DNA of 57,593 bases, counting the filler, from Dugesia japonica (Eukaryota), in the NCBI GenBank assembly GCA_001938525.1. It is 5 parts of 5 records of this genome, joined end to end, with 100 filler letters (N's around TTAATTAATTAA, not from the genome) between each part and the next. Parts side by side here need not be neighbours in the genome. Positions count along the whole stretch, not along the records: positions 21,882 to 31,449 come from MQRL01600176.1; positions 31,550 to 41,063 come from MQRL01360255.1; 3 more parts are not named here. One strand, written 5' to 3'. Each line of letters opens with the position of its first letter. Positions within the stretch are counted from its first letter, which is position 1. This document shows, in pieces, positions 26,130-39,109 of the stretch. Position numbers and translations under genes: made by a program. The notes below the pieces were generated by a model, which saw only the letters and a program-made list of their open reading frames with translations, was not told the origin of the DNA and did not search any database.

Positions 26130-26480
26130 TATTGTTTAAACTAATACTGTTCTGATTGCATTAATTTGAATTTCTCTTTTAAATACTCCATAGACAAATG
26201 TCGATGCAGTCAAAGCCTTTGCAAACTTTATACTTAATCTCATATTTACTTGTTGTGATAATTGGCTTTGGTGTATATTAAAATCCGCAACAAGCACAAA
26301 TATAAATGGTTTTGAATTCTTCAATTCATATTCCTGTCAATATATACCATATTTGTAACAACATATTGTATATATGCTGTACTATAATTATCGTTTTCCA
26401 GATTTTGAGTATATATTTCTCGATAATCATTGTTTTTTGAAAGGTAAATGAAAGTAGCATTTAAATGAAATGACTACTAT
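26130..26480 (-). pseudogene. Non-LTR (LINE) AP-endonuclease remnant
   Basis: FVLVADFNIH resembles the APE I..GDFN motif. Otherwise degraded. Confidence 0.4.
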
Positions 26481-27039
26481 ATTGAAATCACCTTTATATA
26501 AATTTTCATTTTGAAATGTTACCAGCAGAAAGTTAGGCAAACGACGATCACCAAAGATTTTCTCGATATAAAACAAAGAACTATCTTTACTATTTGCAAA
26601 CTTAACAGTTTCTTTCGAAAAATCTAATTTTGTTTACTTAATTCTCTTTGATGCCGCGAAATACTGAGTGTTCAACACATACACGTCTAACCATTAGTCT
26701 TGATTTCAACAATACATGTTTAGGTTTATCATTCGGAAATTCCAGTCACATTTTATGGTTTTCTCTCTTTAATTGAATATGTGCATTATGACACCCCTCA
26801 AAATACCTTTACAAATTAAAATTTTATAAAAAATAAAATCTTATATTTATATTAAAGTATACTTAAAATTATTAATTTATTTTTAAACTTAACTTTAACA
26901 AAAAAATTGTTTAAAATCAATTAAATTGACAAATTGTAAGCAATTCCACGAAGATAATGAATATGATCTGTATTTTCGTATATTGAAATGAGAATACAAA
27001 GACATCAATGTAGATGCATGTATTTGTTTTAGATGCTCC

Positions 27040-27540
27040 TACCTGCTTGAAAACGAGCAAATAAATAACAACATCAAAAGATACCATAAATTCAATACTA
27101 CTAATAACTTCAGAATTAGAAATTAAATTACAAAAACCAAAGTTATCCTTGCATTCATTTTTGGTGTCAATCAAAGGTTTAATTTTCTTATCTAAAATCT
27201 TAGCAAGATAAGCAATCTCAATCTTTAATTGAATTATATATTTAAAAATGATCAGGTCTCTAATGAATTTAGAAAAATCATACAACTTGGCTGGCTATGA
27301 ACTAACCACCTTAAGAACCATTCAGGGTGAATAAGTTTATCACTAATTAATTTTTTAAATAAAGCATTCATATATCAACTTTCTTCGTCGTTGATAGATG
27401 ACAATTGACCATTTTTACGAAATTTATTAATTTTACAAAATTACGGTCCTTTAAAAACATCTTATACTTAAAGTGACATAAGAAGANTGGGCAGCACCTT
27501 TTTATGACAGCACTTTAGTTTTTATTATTCAAGGAAGCGG
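27040..27540 (-). pseudogene. Penelope-like element RT remnant
   Basis: PAKLYDFSK, YLAKILDKKIKPL, KDNFGF, EFMVSFDV. Confidence 0.7.
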
Positions 27541-28939
27541 TAGAATTACCCAGATAAATTTTATTCCGATACCGGTTTGATAATTATTTAAAAATAATAG
27601 TCTCTTATTTTTTTCCAAACAATAGAAAAATGCACAGCATTAAATAATTTTTCCTAACATTATGTAAATATTTATATCCTCGCTATATATTTTTTTATAT
27701 ATACATTCTTTCTACACTACTGTCTACTTTACTTATATAATCATTCAAAATTACTCTTGTCAATTTTACAAATTTTAATACCTTTAAAAATTAAAATTTT
27801 TAAAAAATAAAATCTTAATAAGATAAGATTTTTTAAAATATTAAAATTAACTGTTACTTTGTTTAAAGTTTTTGTTTGAATATTCATTTGTTTCAAATTT
27901 CCAAAATTGCAAGTAATATTTCCACAGTCAAATTTAGTCAAATAATAATTAGAAAATGACTCAATTTTAGACTGATATTGAAATTTATCGATCATTTTCT
28001 TATTACCAAATTAAGGTCAAAGTTTTGAATTGAATAAAGCATTAATGAAATTCAACATATTTTGACAAAATTTTCTTTTAAAATAAGATAAAAAAAATTA
28101 ATTTTAAATATGAAGGACCATTTCAAGTAATTAGATATATTTAAAGACGGAATAAAACAACGAAGAAGGGGACAGCGACTCAAAGAAATGAAGTTATGGT
28201 GTATTATTGATGATAATAATTATATTGTTTAATTGATTTGTTTTGATATTAATAAACTTTACTACTCAGCGTATTGTTTTATTGATTAAATCTGATATAA
28301 AAGAACTAAGTTGCTTCAAAATTTAGTACTTTATTATTAATCCATTTGTTAACTAAATTAAATAGTTGTTTGGTTTCACGTTGATGTTCTGATTTGGTTT
28401 CGTGGTGATTTTAATACGAGAATTTTTTAAACAATTTTATCTAAATATTTGAATTTTTATGAAAATAGTAGACGTGAAATTAGTTATATATTTTTAGGGT
28501 CGTTATCCCTCTTTCACCAAAATTAGTACAAATGTGTTTCCAGGGCAGCGTGATCTACTTATTAAGAGATATAATTACTTATTGCCAATTTTTTGTAAAC
28601 TATTAAAATGAATTACTAAGATAAGTCAAAATAATTAAATCTTTTTTCAATTAAATTTCAAATGTTACAATTTATCAATATTTAAAATGCAAAATAATAA
28701 CAGGAAATTTTTCTGGTATGTTAAATAATATTTCTCAATTAAAGCATTAGTGTCAACAAGTTTTTATTTTAAATAGTTGATAAAATATCAAAAAAAAGAT
28801 TTAAAAATAAAGGACAAAATATTTCGGATTTCTAGTTCTAAATTAATTGAAATTTGAGATTACTTTTGTGATTGTAAATAATTTCTAACATTTTTCTGTT
28901 AGTAATTTTGTAGTGAAATATTTGAAAATAAATGTTTTT

Positions 28940-30382
28940 TTAATATTCTTCATCAATAGTTGTATCTTGAAATTGTTGATATTCACTAATCAAATCATTT
29001 AAATTTGATTCAGCCTCAGTAAATTCCATCTCATCCATGCCTTCTCCAGTATACCAATGTAAAAATGCTTTTCTTCTATACATAGCAGCGTATTGCTCAG
29101 CAATTCTTTTAAAGATCTCTTGTATCGCGGTGTTGTTACCAATAAAAGTTACTGCCATTTTCATTCCTCTTGGAGGAATATCGCATACTGCTGTTTTAAC
29201 ATTGCTTGGTATCCATTCAACAAAATATGCGCTATTTTTGTTTTGTACATTTAACATTTCTTCGTCGACCTCCTTTACTGACAATCTTCCTCTAAACATT
29301 GCAGCAACAGTAAGATATTTACCATGTCTTGGATCGCATGCTGCCATAAGATTCTTACAGTCAAACATTTGTTGAGTAAGATCATGGACTGAATACGTTC
29401 TATATGGTTGAGAATGACGACTTGTTAAAGGCGCAAATCCAGGTACGAAAAAATGTAATCGAGGAAAAGGAATGAGATTTGTTCCTAATTTTCTCAAGTC
29501 TGCATTCAGTTGCCCTGGAAATCTTAAACATGTAGTAACACCCGACATTGTTGCACTAACTAAATGATTTAAATCCCCATAAGTTGGATTACTCAGTTTC
29601 AATGTTCTAAAACAAATATCATAAAGAGCTTCATTATCAATTGTAAAAGTTTCATCTGCCATTTCAACCAGTTGATGTATGGCTAATGTGGCATTATAAG
29701 GCTCAACTACAACATCCGATACCTATTGACATTAAATCAATTTAAAAATTAATTATTATAATTTATACTTTTGGAGATGGATATGTCGAAAAAGTACACA
29801 CAATCCTATCAGGAAATTCTTCTCGAATTTTGCTTAATAAGAGCGTTCCCATTCCTGAACCAGTGCCACCTCCAAGTGAATGTACAACTTGAAATCCTTG
29901 TAGGCATTCACAAGCTTCAGATTCTTTTCTAACTAATTCAAGAACAGAATCAATTAATTCAGCTCCATCTGTATAATGTCCTTTGGCCCAATTGTTACCA
30001 GCTCCAGTGTGTCCATATGCAAAGTTATCCGGGCGAAACAAACTTCCATAAGGTCCACATTTAACTGAATCCATTGTGCTTGGTTCTAAATCTGTTAAGA
30101 TTGTTCTTGGTACCAAGCGACCACCTTATTTAAAATTTGTGATTATAATATTAAACTGTAACAGGAGTACCAGTTGCTTCATTATAATACACATTGATTC
30201 TTTCTAATTGTAGATCACTGTCTCCTTTATAAAATCCATCAACACTTAAACCATGCTCATCTGAAATTACTTCCCAAAACTAAACTTTAAATATAATTCA
30301 AATTTTTCAATTTCACAAAATAAACCTTAGCCCCCATTTGATTCCCACATTGGCCGACTTGAATGTATACAATTTCACGCAT
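28940..30382 (-). CDS. TUBB: Beta-tubulin, divergent isotype, 434 aa; exons 30382-30326, 30279-30171, 30124-29769, 29722-28940
   Basis: [59 protein letters not shown]. Three GT-AG introns give a continuous 1305-nt frame. Confidence 0.98.
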
Positions 30383-31214
30383 ATTTGTAAAAATTTGGAT
30401 ACTTTGTGGTTGCTAAGATTATAATTTTACAAATTGATAATTTTAAACTTTTGAAATTAAAATCGATCCATGAATATTATTTCAAAATATTTATAGAAAA
30501 TTAATTTTCTATGTGAAGTAATTAACAGTAGTTTTAAATGAAACTTCGTTTTTAGTAAAATTCGCTATAATAACAGTAAAATATCAATAATTGATATTCA
30601 ACTGTAAATTAAAACGTAAATTAAACTGGTAAATCTAAATAGTTCAAGAAATCACTAATTTATATATATACACACAACTGAATAAATGTGTTTTCAGTTA
30701 ATTAATTTTTTAAAATTTATATTAATACTAAAGCCAATACACAAATTTTAAAGATAGAAACCTACAGAACTTGGAAAGAGAAGAAAGATAGCAGCACATC
30801 GAATCACCCGCCCCCCGACGAAGTGTTTTACAAATTAAAGCATTTTGATTGCGTAAAAATCAATTCTATATTTGGAGCGAGTTTGGAAATTTTTCTACGC
30901 CGAAAGAAAATGGTCTTCTTAATAAAGTAAACTTTTCTTAACGTGGTTTTATATCTTGGAAGCATTTGTTGGGGTCCCACGTGAGTCGGATGATAATAGT
31001 GGTGGCTGGGGAAAAAACAGCCCTCAGGGGAACCCTTTCAAGAATTTAACCTAACGCCCCTAGGTTAGGTATTCAGTTTATGGTGGTTGACCCCTCGCTT
31101 AATGGGAGGTGCACGCCCACAAACCTTTGTAGTCGGGTTCATTACTTTCCCTATTATTAATAAGTTATTTAAAAGAATATGATGTTAACCATGCCCATTT
31201 TATTTTATAAAACA

Positions 31215-31449
31215 ATTACAACAAATCCAAAGCTCCTGGATCTAACCATTGATTTGGATCCGTTACCGTAAAATTAAAGGTGTCGTTGTCGTCCCATTGG
31301 ACTCAAGTTGGATTGCCAATCTGGCGGGAAAGGTCAGCTATGTATTGCTTTAGGAAATCTATTTTCCTTTGCAATAGTTGTTTAGTTTCAGTTTCCAGGG
31401 CCTTGGTTTGGGCTGCTAAATCACTCTGTTTCTTTACTATGTTATCAAG
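31215..31449 (-). pseudogene. 3' end of a coiled-coil ORF of the same style as the 31.5-40.4 kb array
   Basis: LDNIVKKQSDLAAQTKALETETKQLLQRKIDFLKQYIADLSRQ...; one internal stop, followed by AATAAA. Cut by the linker. Confidence 0.4.
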
Positions 31450-31549
31450 NNNNNNNNNNNNNNNNNNNNNNNNNNNNNNNNNNNNNNNNNNNNTTAATTA
31501 ATTAANNNNNNNNNNNNNNNNNNNNNNNNNNNNNNNNNNNNNNNNNNNN

Positions 31550-33543
31550 TTAGAAGATGCCACCGCATTCTACACCGTCTCCTTCTAGAAAGACACCTGA
31601 AACGTAAAGCTGACAGAGCGATAATTATTTATTTAACGCCACGTTACAGTATAGTCTTGCTAATTACTCAAGAAAAATTATCAACAGTCGGGTAAAGAAA
31701 CTACGAGGAAAGAATGGTATGAAAATCAGGAAAATAAAATCAAACCATGAGTGTTGGGTACATCGATTCAATTAAAGCATCGTCAAGAATATTCATGATG
31801 ACCACTAGTAAACGCGCTAAGATTTATCTTAGAAAATCAGCAAACAACTGAGATTAAAAACACGGAAATTGCAGAAAGGAGAATCATGGGCGCCAGAAGT
31901 GAAGAAATCGCCAATTAATCAACTATGGCAAGGTAATGGATCATTCTTGGAAATAAAGAGAATGAAACAAAATTATCAATCACTACAAGCTCTCTATCTA
32001 AAAAGAACTTTAACAGAAGAGTGTGTAAAAGAGAAAGACGCAAAATTATCGGAAACAAATGTGACGGACGAATTAAAGAAGGGAAATCTAAAGTAAAACA
32101 ATTTGAAATATGGACGATTCAATATGAAAGGACTAATCTCACAAAATGAATGGAGACCGTTATGTCAATCGTGTCTAATAGGTGTTCAAAGGGTTACGAC
32201 AAATAATCAGAAGTATTGGGCCTTCAATAATCAAGTGACATCACAAAATAGGGCGAGGCGGAGTCAATGCCACGTGAAAAATGCAAAGAATGGGAGCTCA
32301 CCAGATGTCCAGTCACCAAAGACAATATCATGAATTTATGCGATAAATGTTATCGGAGTATGGAGAGAGAGACATGAAACGATCACTAATACAAGTTGAA
32401 AGTAGAAGACAATGGTTAATCAAAACTGGCGTATGGGAACGTTCGAATTGTATTAGTTGTGTCAATGCAAAGGTGAACATAGAGTTGTCAGTGTTAGAAG
32501 CGGTGTTTAAAGATTTATGTTTGGAGTGTGGAATCGATATTCATGGTCAATTAAAGGATGCGGTAAATGTGCTGTATGAAGCAAAAAAATGGATAAAGTT
32601 AATACAAGCCATGAATGTTAAAGGAGAATTCGTGTCACCAACAGAACAAAAGAGACGATGGAAGGAGACCAAGCGTTGGATGCAAGGAATCGACGAGGAC
32701 GTCGATTCTATGAAAGGGGGGAGTGATTTGAACGAACTACTAATCGAAGCAAGCTTTATGAGAATATATCAACAACTATCTAATAAAAAGCAACTAATCA
32801 AAGAGATGTAAGACGGTAATAGAGTTTTCGGCGATTTATCAAAACGAAACGTACAAGTAACAGTATCAGATGAGACTAAGCAAAGTCTGAAAGCTATGTG
32901 GGAAGACCACATAGTGTCAGGAGGAACATGAACCGGAAACGAATGATACAGAATACAAAGCAAAGTCAGCCAAAAAGATGGCGGAAGTGGTACAATTTAT
33001 AAAAGAAAACGATGGGTAAGGGGACCCTGACGTGGAACAATTGAAAAGGTTGGTACGGCTAGCGCCAACACAAGAACAAGTTTTGGAAAAGTTGGAGAAA
33101 ATAAAACAAGCAGGAAGCACTACGACAGATGAATCTGAGAAAACGACAATAAGAATTGAAACAGCGAGGGTAACGTCAAATGTGCTAAATAAACCACAAG
33201 AGGATTTTATTGATCAATTGATGCGAAAGTTGGTAAGGACCGGTTCACGAAGGAAATTTCTTGCACAAGTCAGGTTGAAGCATGAGGTGACAACAAAGCA
33301 GAGCAAAAAGGAAAATGAAGGGAATTGGTCAGCAGGACTCAGTGGTGGAGTAGTGGGCGTCATTACGATAATCATGATGATGAAATGAGGACAGTATCCG
33401 AGACTGCGATTAGAACCGGAATTAAGAGAATTGACAGCGAAATATTTGCATCTGCCAAGAGAGTTGGTGCGATCGGGAGTTCCAAAGGGAGGAACTGAGT
33501 CGTTGTGGAGTTATTAAAGGGAATAGTGGGAGTGAAGTTCTAA
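31550..33543 (+). pseudogene. Long degraded ORF, possibly the C-terminal half of a non-LTR-type RT protein (thumb, Cys-rich region) with a long extension
   Basis: Coding-like, co-oriented fragments joined by frameshifts and stops: VLGTSI....W..LVNALRFIL (compare RT YLG..I...W..L), KYGRFNMKGL (compare K.GGL.L..L), and CISC...C..C. The catalytic core is not seen because it is cut by the linker. Confidence 0.4.
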
Positions 33544-33713
33544 ATAAGTTACCTGAAATGTAACAGTAAGGTACAAAATTTAGTTTTTGAGTAGCTCGAA
33601 ATGTAAAGTAGGGAATAGTTGATTAAATTGAAATTAAAGTATCGAGTAGTTGGATAAATTTGATTTTGATATGGATCACTATAGCGTTTATCATAGTATT
33701 TATTTAGTAAAGA

Positions 33714-34229
33714 ATGGAACATAAACAGATGACAATGAATGGACAACTAACAGTAAATGTGGATCTAGACGACGTCGACAGAACAATTATGGAAGAACCG
33801 GCACAAAATTATATCCAGATGCTTAATCAACCTTTAAATCCTTATTTTACAATGGAGAACTTGTGTGACGAACCCTGCAGAAGCGTAATGAGTAATTCAG
33901 ATGTACTAAATGAACAATTACAACAAACCCGGCAATTAAATGCAACCCTTGTGGAGAACCAAAATTTTAATGTGATTCAGATACACCGATTGATTAAAAT
34001 AGAGGAGAAACAGAGACGACAGATTACCGAGAATCAGAATTTTTACCTACAAACCTTGAGTGGAACTAACAAAATAGTAGAGGATCTGAGACATCAAGTG
34101 GGAGAGCTACAAGCCTATAATGCAGAGCTTATTTTATCCCAAATTAATCGACTACCGAGCGTATCCGCCATCCTGAACACTATCGAGACGAGTGAGAGGG
34201 TGTGGTACGGAGAAGAGAGTAATCTATGA
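33714..34229 (+). CDS. Hypothetical coiled-coil protein (171 aa), cargo of a putative giant element
   Basis: Intact intronless ORF with Q/N/L heptad-like composition; AATAAA downstream near 34309. Confidence 0.6.
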   Translation: MEHKQMTMNGQLTVNVDLDDVDRTIMEEPAQNYIQMLNQPLNPYFTMENLCDEPCRSVMSNSDVLNEQLQQTRQLNATLVENQNFNVIQIHRLIKIEEKQRRQITENQNFYLQTLSGTNKIVEDLRHQVGELQAYNAELILSQINRLPSVSAILNTIETSERVWYGEESNL

Positions 34230-34420
34230 CAATGGATGCCAAGATGTAGAGTACTGTAAATTATGTGTTAAATAGTAACTGCATTAATATGCAAAAAAAT
34301 TTTTAAAAAATAAAACTTGTATTATAAAAATCAAAAACAGTAAAAGTATAATAAAAGTAGATCGACAATTATATTTAGTTAATCAATGCGTAATTAGAAA
34401 AATTCCAATTTGTATAAAGA

Positions 34421-34926
34421 ATGTCTGAAGATTTTCAAAGATTGTGGAGAAGACGATAATGATGGAGAAGTCAAGTTTAGATCAGAAATCAATCACAGAA
34501 TTACAACAAATTAATTAGAGGATCAAGCATGATAATGTATCATTTCGAGGAAATATTTGGTTATCAAAATGCTATCTTGAGAATAGTGGGAGTACTGACG
34601 ATGCAAAAAGTAAATAAAGATAATAAATAGCGGAATGCATGTTATTGGAATATCAGCGAGCGATGGTGGGAAATGTTCAATTTTTCAATGAGGTTCAGAA
34701 GTCAGTCGACAAGATGAAAGAGTTTGAGGACACGGTGTCATTAATATGCAAAACAAAAATGGAAAAGATGATGAGGTGCGGAGAATGTGAGGTTGAAGCA
34801 GTCTCGGTATTAAATTTACCTTGTGGAAATGTAGCAGTTTGTCAGAAGTGTCATCAGAGAAACGAGTTCAAACGATGTATAGTGCGTAAATGACCCATTG
34901 AGGAGTGGCATGTGGTGTACCTATGA
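34421..34926 (+). pseudogene. Coiled-coil plus C-terminal RING (IAP/MDM2-like) E3 ligase, decayed
   Basis: 34777-34926 reads CGEC-x7-NLPCGN-VAVCQKC-x8-CIVRK*PIEEWHVVYL*. H>N, C>R and the stop are each single-base changes from a terminal RING-HC. Confidence 0.75.
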
Positions 34927-35106
34927 GTGTGACACCCAGTAAATTGTAAATAAACTTAAACTACAAAATACAATACAGTAAAAGTAACAAAGGAAACCAC
35001 ACTAACAATTTGTAAATATCAGATTCAATTAAAATTTGGTTAAGCAGTAAATTTTATAATCAGTACTCCCAATGTCTTAATGTGTAAATATTTAATATTA
35101 TGGTTT

Positions 35107-35758
35107 ACGTGGATTTCCATTAAGAAAATGGCATTCCGAAGTTCAAGTAGTAGGTCTCGACAGGGAGGAGCAATCAAACGATACTGCGAAAATAGTGATC
35201 AAACCTATTCAATGAATGAATCTATAAAGACTTGTGAGGTCAAGGAGAAAAGGAGTACAAAGGCGCCTAGAGACGAGATAGAGCCATCTGAGCTGAGAAA
35301 CGTTGAATTGAAAAATCCATCAACGGAAATGGAATCACGAGTAATGCGATGTAATGTACGAATTCAAAGAGAGAGTGAGCCAATAAATGATATGGTTAGA
35401 ACTTTTTGTAAAAACTTGCGCTGAAAGAGAGGAGGTGATACTAAAACTGCAACGAGAGCTAAATGACGTCCTTTAGCGACCAACAAAGCAAATCAAAGAA
35501 TTAGAAACCGAAATTAAATGGCAACAGAAGAAAATCAAAATGCTAGAGAAAACTATTGAACGTAATAATGAAGCTCGTATTACAAATCAACAAGCGCAAC
35601 AAGAGACAATGAATCAGATGCAAGAAGATAATGAGCGACTGTTGAGAGAAAGCTTAGTATGGAAATTGGAGAAAGAACAGAACACGATAGACATTCAAAA
35701 TCTAGAAAACACATTGAAACATCTTCATGATGAAAATGCGAGGAAGTCCCAATCCTAG
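35107..35758 (+). pseudogene. Coiled-coil protein, frameshifted
   Basis: ORFs 35080-35424 and 35540-35758 are linked through EVILKLQRELNDVL*..QIKELETEIKWQQKKIKMLEK. Confidence 0.55.
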
Positions 35759-37550
35759 CAGTGATTCCCCCTCAACAAGTCAATTTGACGAAGGTAGAAC
35801 AAACAATTTACACTTACAAAACCAATGGGCAACCAAATTAGTCAAGTCGACCAAAGAGCGAATCAGAGAAGGAAGGATCAAGTGAAATCTTCCCGCCAAT
35901 CCACCAATACAAGTCAATCCAACCAATGGCCATATTCAGCATCTGAAGAAGATTTATTCTGGGGTCTCTAACCCAGTAGTTTCGGGCAGTTCTATGCTGT
36001 GTATAAACTATGTAAATATCATTCGAACTTATGTGTGAAAACTATTTATCTTTGTGTCTATGGCAATTATTATCACCAGATATTCTGACAGTTCTATGAT
36101 GTCCATTTTGTCGTTTCATGTGTATTCTATGCTGCTAATCAATCCCGAATCAATCCAGCTATCTTCGAGCCGAAGGTGTCCTCCAACCCAAATCTGTCGT
36201 CGAAAAGAAGATCCAGCTAAGTAAACTTTATGATTGTATAGTGATCCTATGGTGAGATGATTTTGATATTATTATTGATTGAAGTGATCAGGTTCTTTAT
36301 AATGACAATTATGATTTAAACATTTAATATAAATTGATCTAGTGGTATAATTGAATTGGAGTGCAAATCTGCATGTGTATTCAATATATGATATGTTTAT
36401 ATTTGATTGAAATATTGTAGTTTCAATTTTATTATTTTTTCTTCTTATTTCTATCTGTGTTTGTTTTATGACCTATCAGAGTCTTGCTTGAGGGAACTTT
36501 CTGACTAGAGTATGAATGATAATCGAGCTCTCATAGACCCAGTTTTCGTTAAAGGAGTGTTATAGAACTGAGAAAATTGGCAGCCAAGGTTAACAAAGGA
36601 ATTTAATGAGAAATTTCGGGGTGGAATTTTTTCGAGGCCCCCAGTATTTTGTTGGGCTAGAAATCAATGGAATTGATAAATAATCAAAATGAGATTTCCT
36701 GAAAAGAATAACGGCGAAATAAGAAAATAAATGATGAACGTGAACTGAACCAGAAAATGTGGTCAAGAAAATTATTATTATTATAATTATTATGGCGTAT
36801 TTGAAAATACCGAAAAATGAAAATCAGGCGTAGAAGACCCAATTTCGGTGGTACAAAAATGAAAAATATATGTACCGAAAGGCAAAGATTAGTAGAATAA
36901 CAAAAATAAAATACAATACTATAATAATTTATTAACAAAAGATCTCTACGATCTGTTTTATTTATTATAATAATGGATATTATCCATTTAATATTAATTA
37001 ATTTGGTACAGTCATCATTCCTTGTCTAGCTGATGAAAAATAAAACGAAAATCATCATTAGACCAGCTGAATCATTTCCTGCTAGACAAGGTCTTTCCCT
37101 CAGTAACAATCTGAGGTCACACAAGGTGACTGATGTCGAAGAAGTCAGTTCCGAGTTGGTGTGCGAGAAAATGTCGGTCGGATAGAAAATGACGAGCAGC
37201 CTCGATTTTAAAATTGGTGCTGTCCAGTCAGAGGAAACGAATCGCAAAAACCAGATCCTGATTGGCAAACTAATGAATCGTTTCAAGTTGGGGTGTAAAC
37301 GAGGAATAAAACTCGTTTGCAGTGGAAAATCAGTAAGAAGTTAAAATCAAATTTTAATTCTTTTGCAATTATTCATACCACATTTTATTTAAACCAATTT
37401 CTACAGTTATACCTTTAGTCAACCATTATTGGAAACGGCAAATTTATCAAAAGTAATTAAATTTTATTCTTACCATTATTCACTGTTATAAAATCATCTT
37501 TTATATGTAAACGACGAGTGCCCTGATTCGAGGTTGTGTTCCCGGAAAGT

Positions 37551-37725
37551 TCAGAATATAATTATGAAAATTCGTGAATAGCAAATATCAATCGGCTAAT
37601 CCATATGAGAATTGAGAAAAAAGAAACAGAATGATCATCAGAATATAATTATGAAAATTTGTGAAAGGCAACTATCTATCGGATAATCAATATGAGATCT
37701 GCTAAAAAGAAACAGAATGTCCATC
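37551..37725. repeat. Diverged tandem duplication, 87-bp unit
   Basis: TCAGAATATAATTATGAAAATT...AAAGAAACAGAATG begins at 37551 and again at 37638. Confidence 0.85.
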
Positions 37726-38378
37726 CAGAGTTATGGGGAGATTAGAATAATCCGGAACTGAATAAAGACAGTGGTGGTGAAATGTTATAGTTATCGGAAA
37801 TCGAGTGTCGAGTAAAACGGTATAGTCGTGTGGGAGCTCGGTGACTAAATAAAGTGTATAAAAAATTTGTTCGTTGTTCTATCTCGTCTAATTTTTTCCT
37901 TTTTAAGTTTTTTTTAATTCGTTGTTCCACGTTATTAATATAATTTTTATTACCTGTCGTTATTTAATTTTTTCTCATAAGGTGTAAATTACCAAATATT
38001 GTTGATTACTTTTATGTCCATTAATTTTTCTTAAATTATTGAACATCGTTATAATTGAGAGTTTCTAAATTGTCATCTAATCATTAATAGTTAAAGACGC
38101 ATATTTTTTGTTTATAACTTAATAGTCGGATCATTAGTTCGTTCTCCTAACATGAACAATTTAAGTGCAGTTGATTGATAATAGGGACATCTTCTGAGAA
38201 TTCCAGAAGATGGTGAACGAGAAAAGATGGTGGTATCCAGCTGACATCTTCCATGGTTCAATCTCTAGGAATGGGGACGAAAAAAACGTTGCATTAATAA
38301 AGATTTAATTTGTTTCGTAAGCTTTGAATTTCATCTATTGTTGTTATTAAAATTTTGATAAATTTATTTAACAGAATC

Positions 38379-38717
38379 ATGATCGAGTACTATCAACCGC
38401 ACATTCCGCTAGTCCTAACAAATGACGGAGACGAGGGAACCTTCTGGGTTCCGTGGAGGAACACATTGGAGCTACTAAATGAGCAACGTACCGAATATGA
38501 GACAGAAAAAACTGAATTGCTTCATAAAGGTGGACAGTTGGTGGTGAAGTTTCAGTGTGCAAAGCAACAGTTGGTCGCTACCCAGAGAAAGCTACAATTA
38601 TGCCAGCAGGACAATGAGTGGCTCAGACAAGGAATAGAGGTCATCAAGGGGAGTGCTGCCCGATTGGTAACGCAACAAGTGACGAGTCGGATGCAGTTGG
38701 ACCAACTCGAGGATTAG
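38379..38717 (+). CDS. Hypothetical coiled-coil protein (112 aa)
   Basis: Intact ORF MIEYYQP...LELLNEQRTEYETEK...QQLVATQRKLQLCQQDNEWLRQ. A TTTAACAG acceptor lies just upstream and AATAAA near 38792. Confidence 0.55.
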   Translation: MIEYYQPHIPLVLTNDGDEGTFWVPWRNTLELLNEQRTEYETEKTELLHKGGQLVVKFQCAKQQLVATQRKLQLCQQDNEWLRQGIEVIKGSAARLVTQQVTSRMQLDQLED

Positions 38718-39109
38718 ATCCTGTGTCGCAGGGTCGGAAAGTTATCAAGATCCAATTATTTTAAAAGTTGATTCGCTGGCTGGAACTAATGAATAAATGA
38801 TTGTATATATTGGAATTGTGTTTGGTTATTTTGCTTATGAGAAATTAGATTCTGGTGATATGTATGTCACAATGTGGTCAAAACCTTTTCTTTTATGTCT
38901 GCAGAGGCAATCTTAGGTTTAAATGTGTTGGTTTGATCATTGTTTTCATTCTGTGTAACAGTACAAATATGGAACAAAAATTTAGTCCAGTAGTTATTAA
39001 ATCATATTAGTTCTTGGATAGCCAATTAAATTCCTATTAGTTGTTTCATTTAATTAATTATGTTCACAGTTTTGTTAAATATTATTGTAATTTATTTTCA
39101 TCTAAAATT

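Noticed and set aside
29037-29375. 112-aa plus-strand ORF and similar antisense ORFs (1934-2170, 20503-20781, 52912-53223)
   Set aside because: Shadow frames of real genes or TEs on the opposite strand.
37030-37052. CTGATGA...CGAAA hammerhead-like core
   Set aside because: The intervening AAAATAAAA cannot form stem II.
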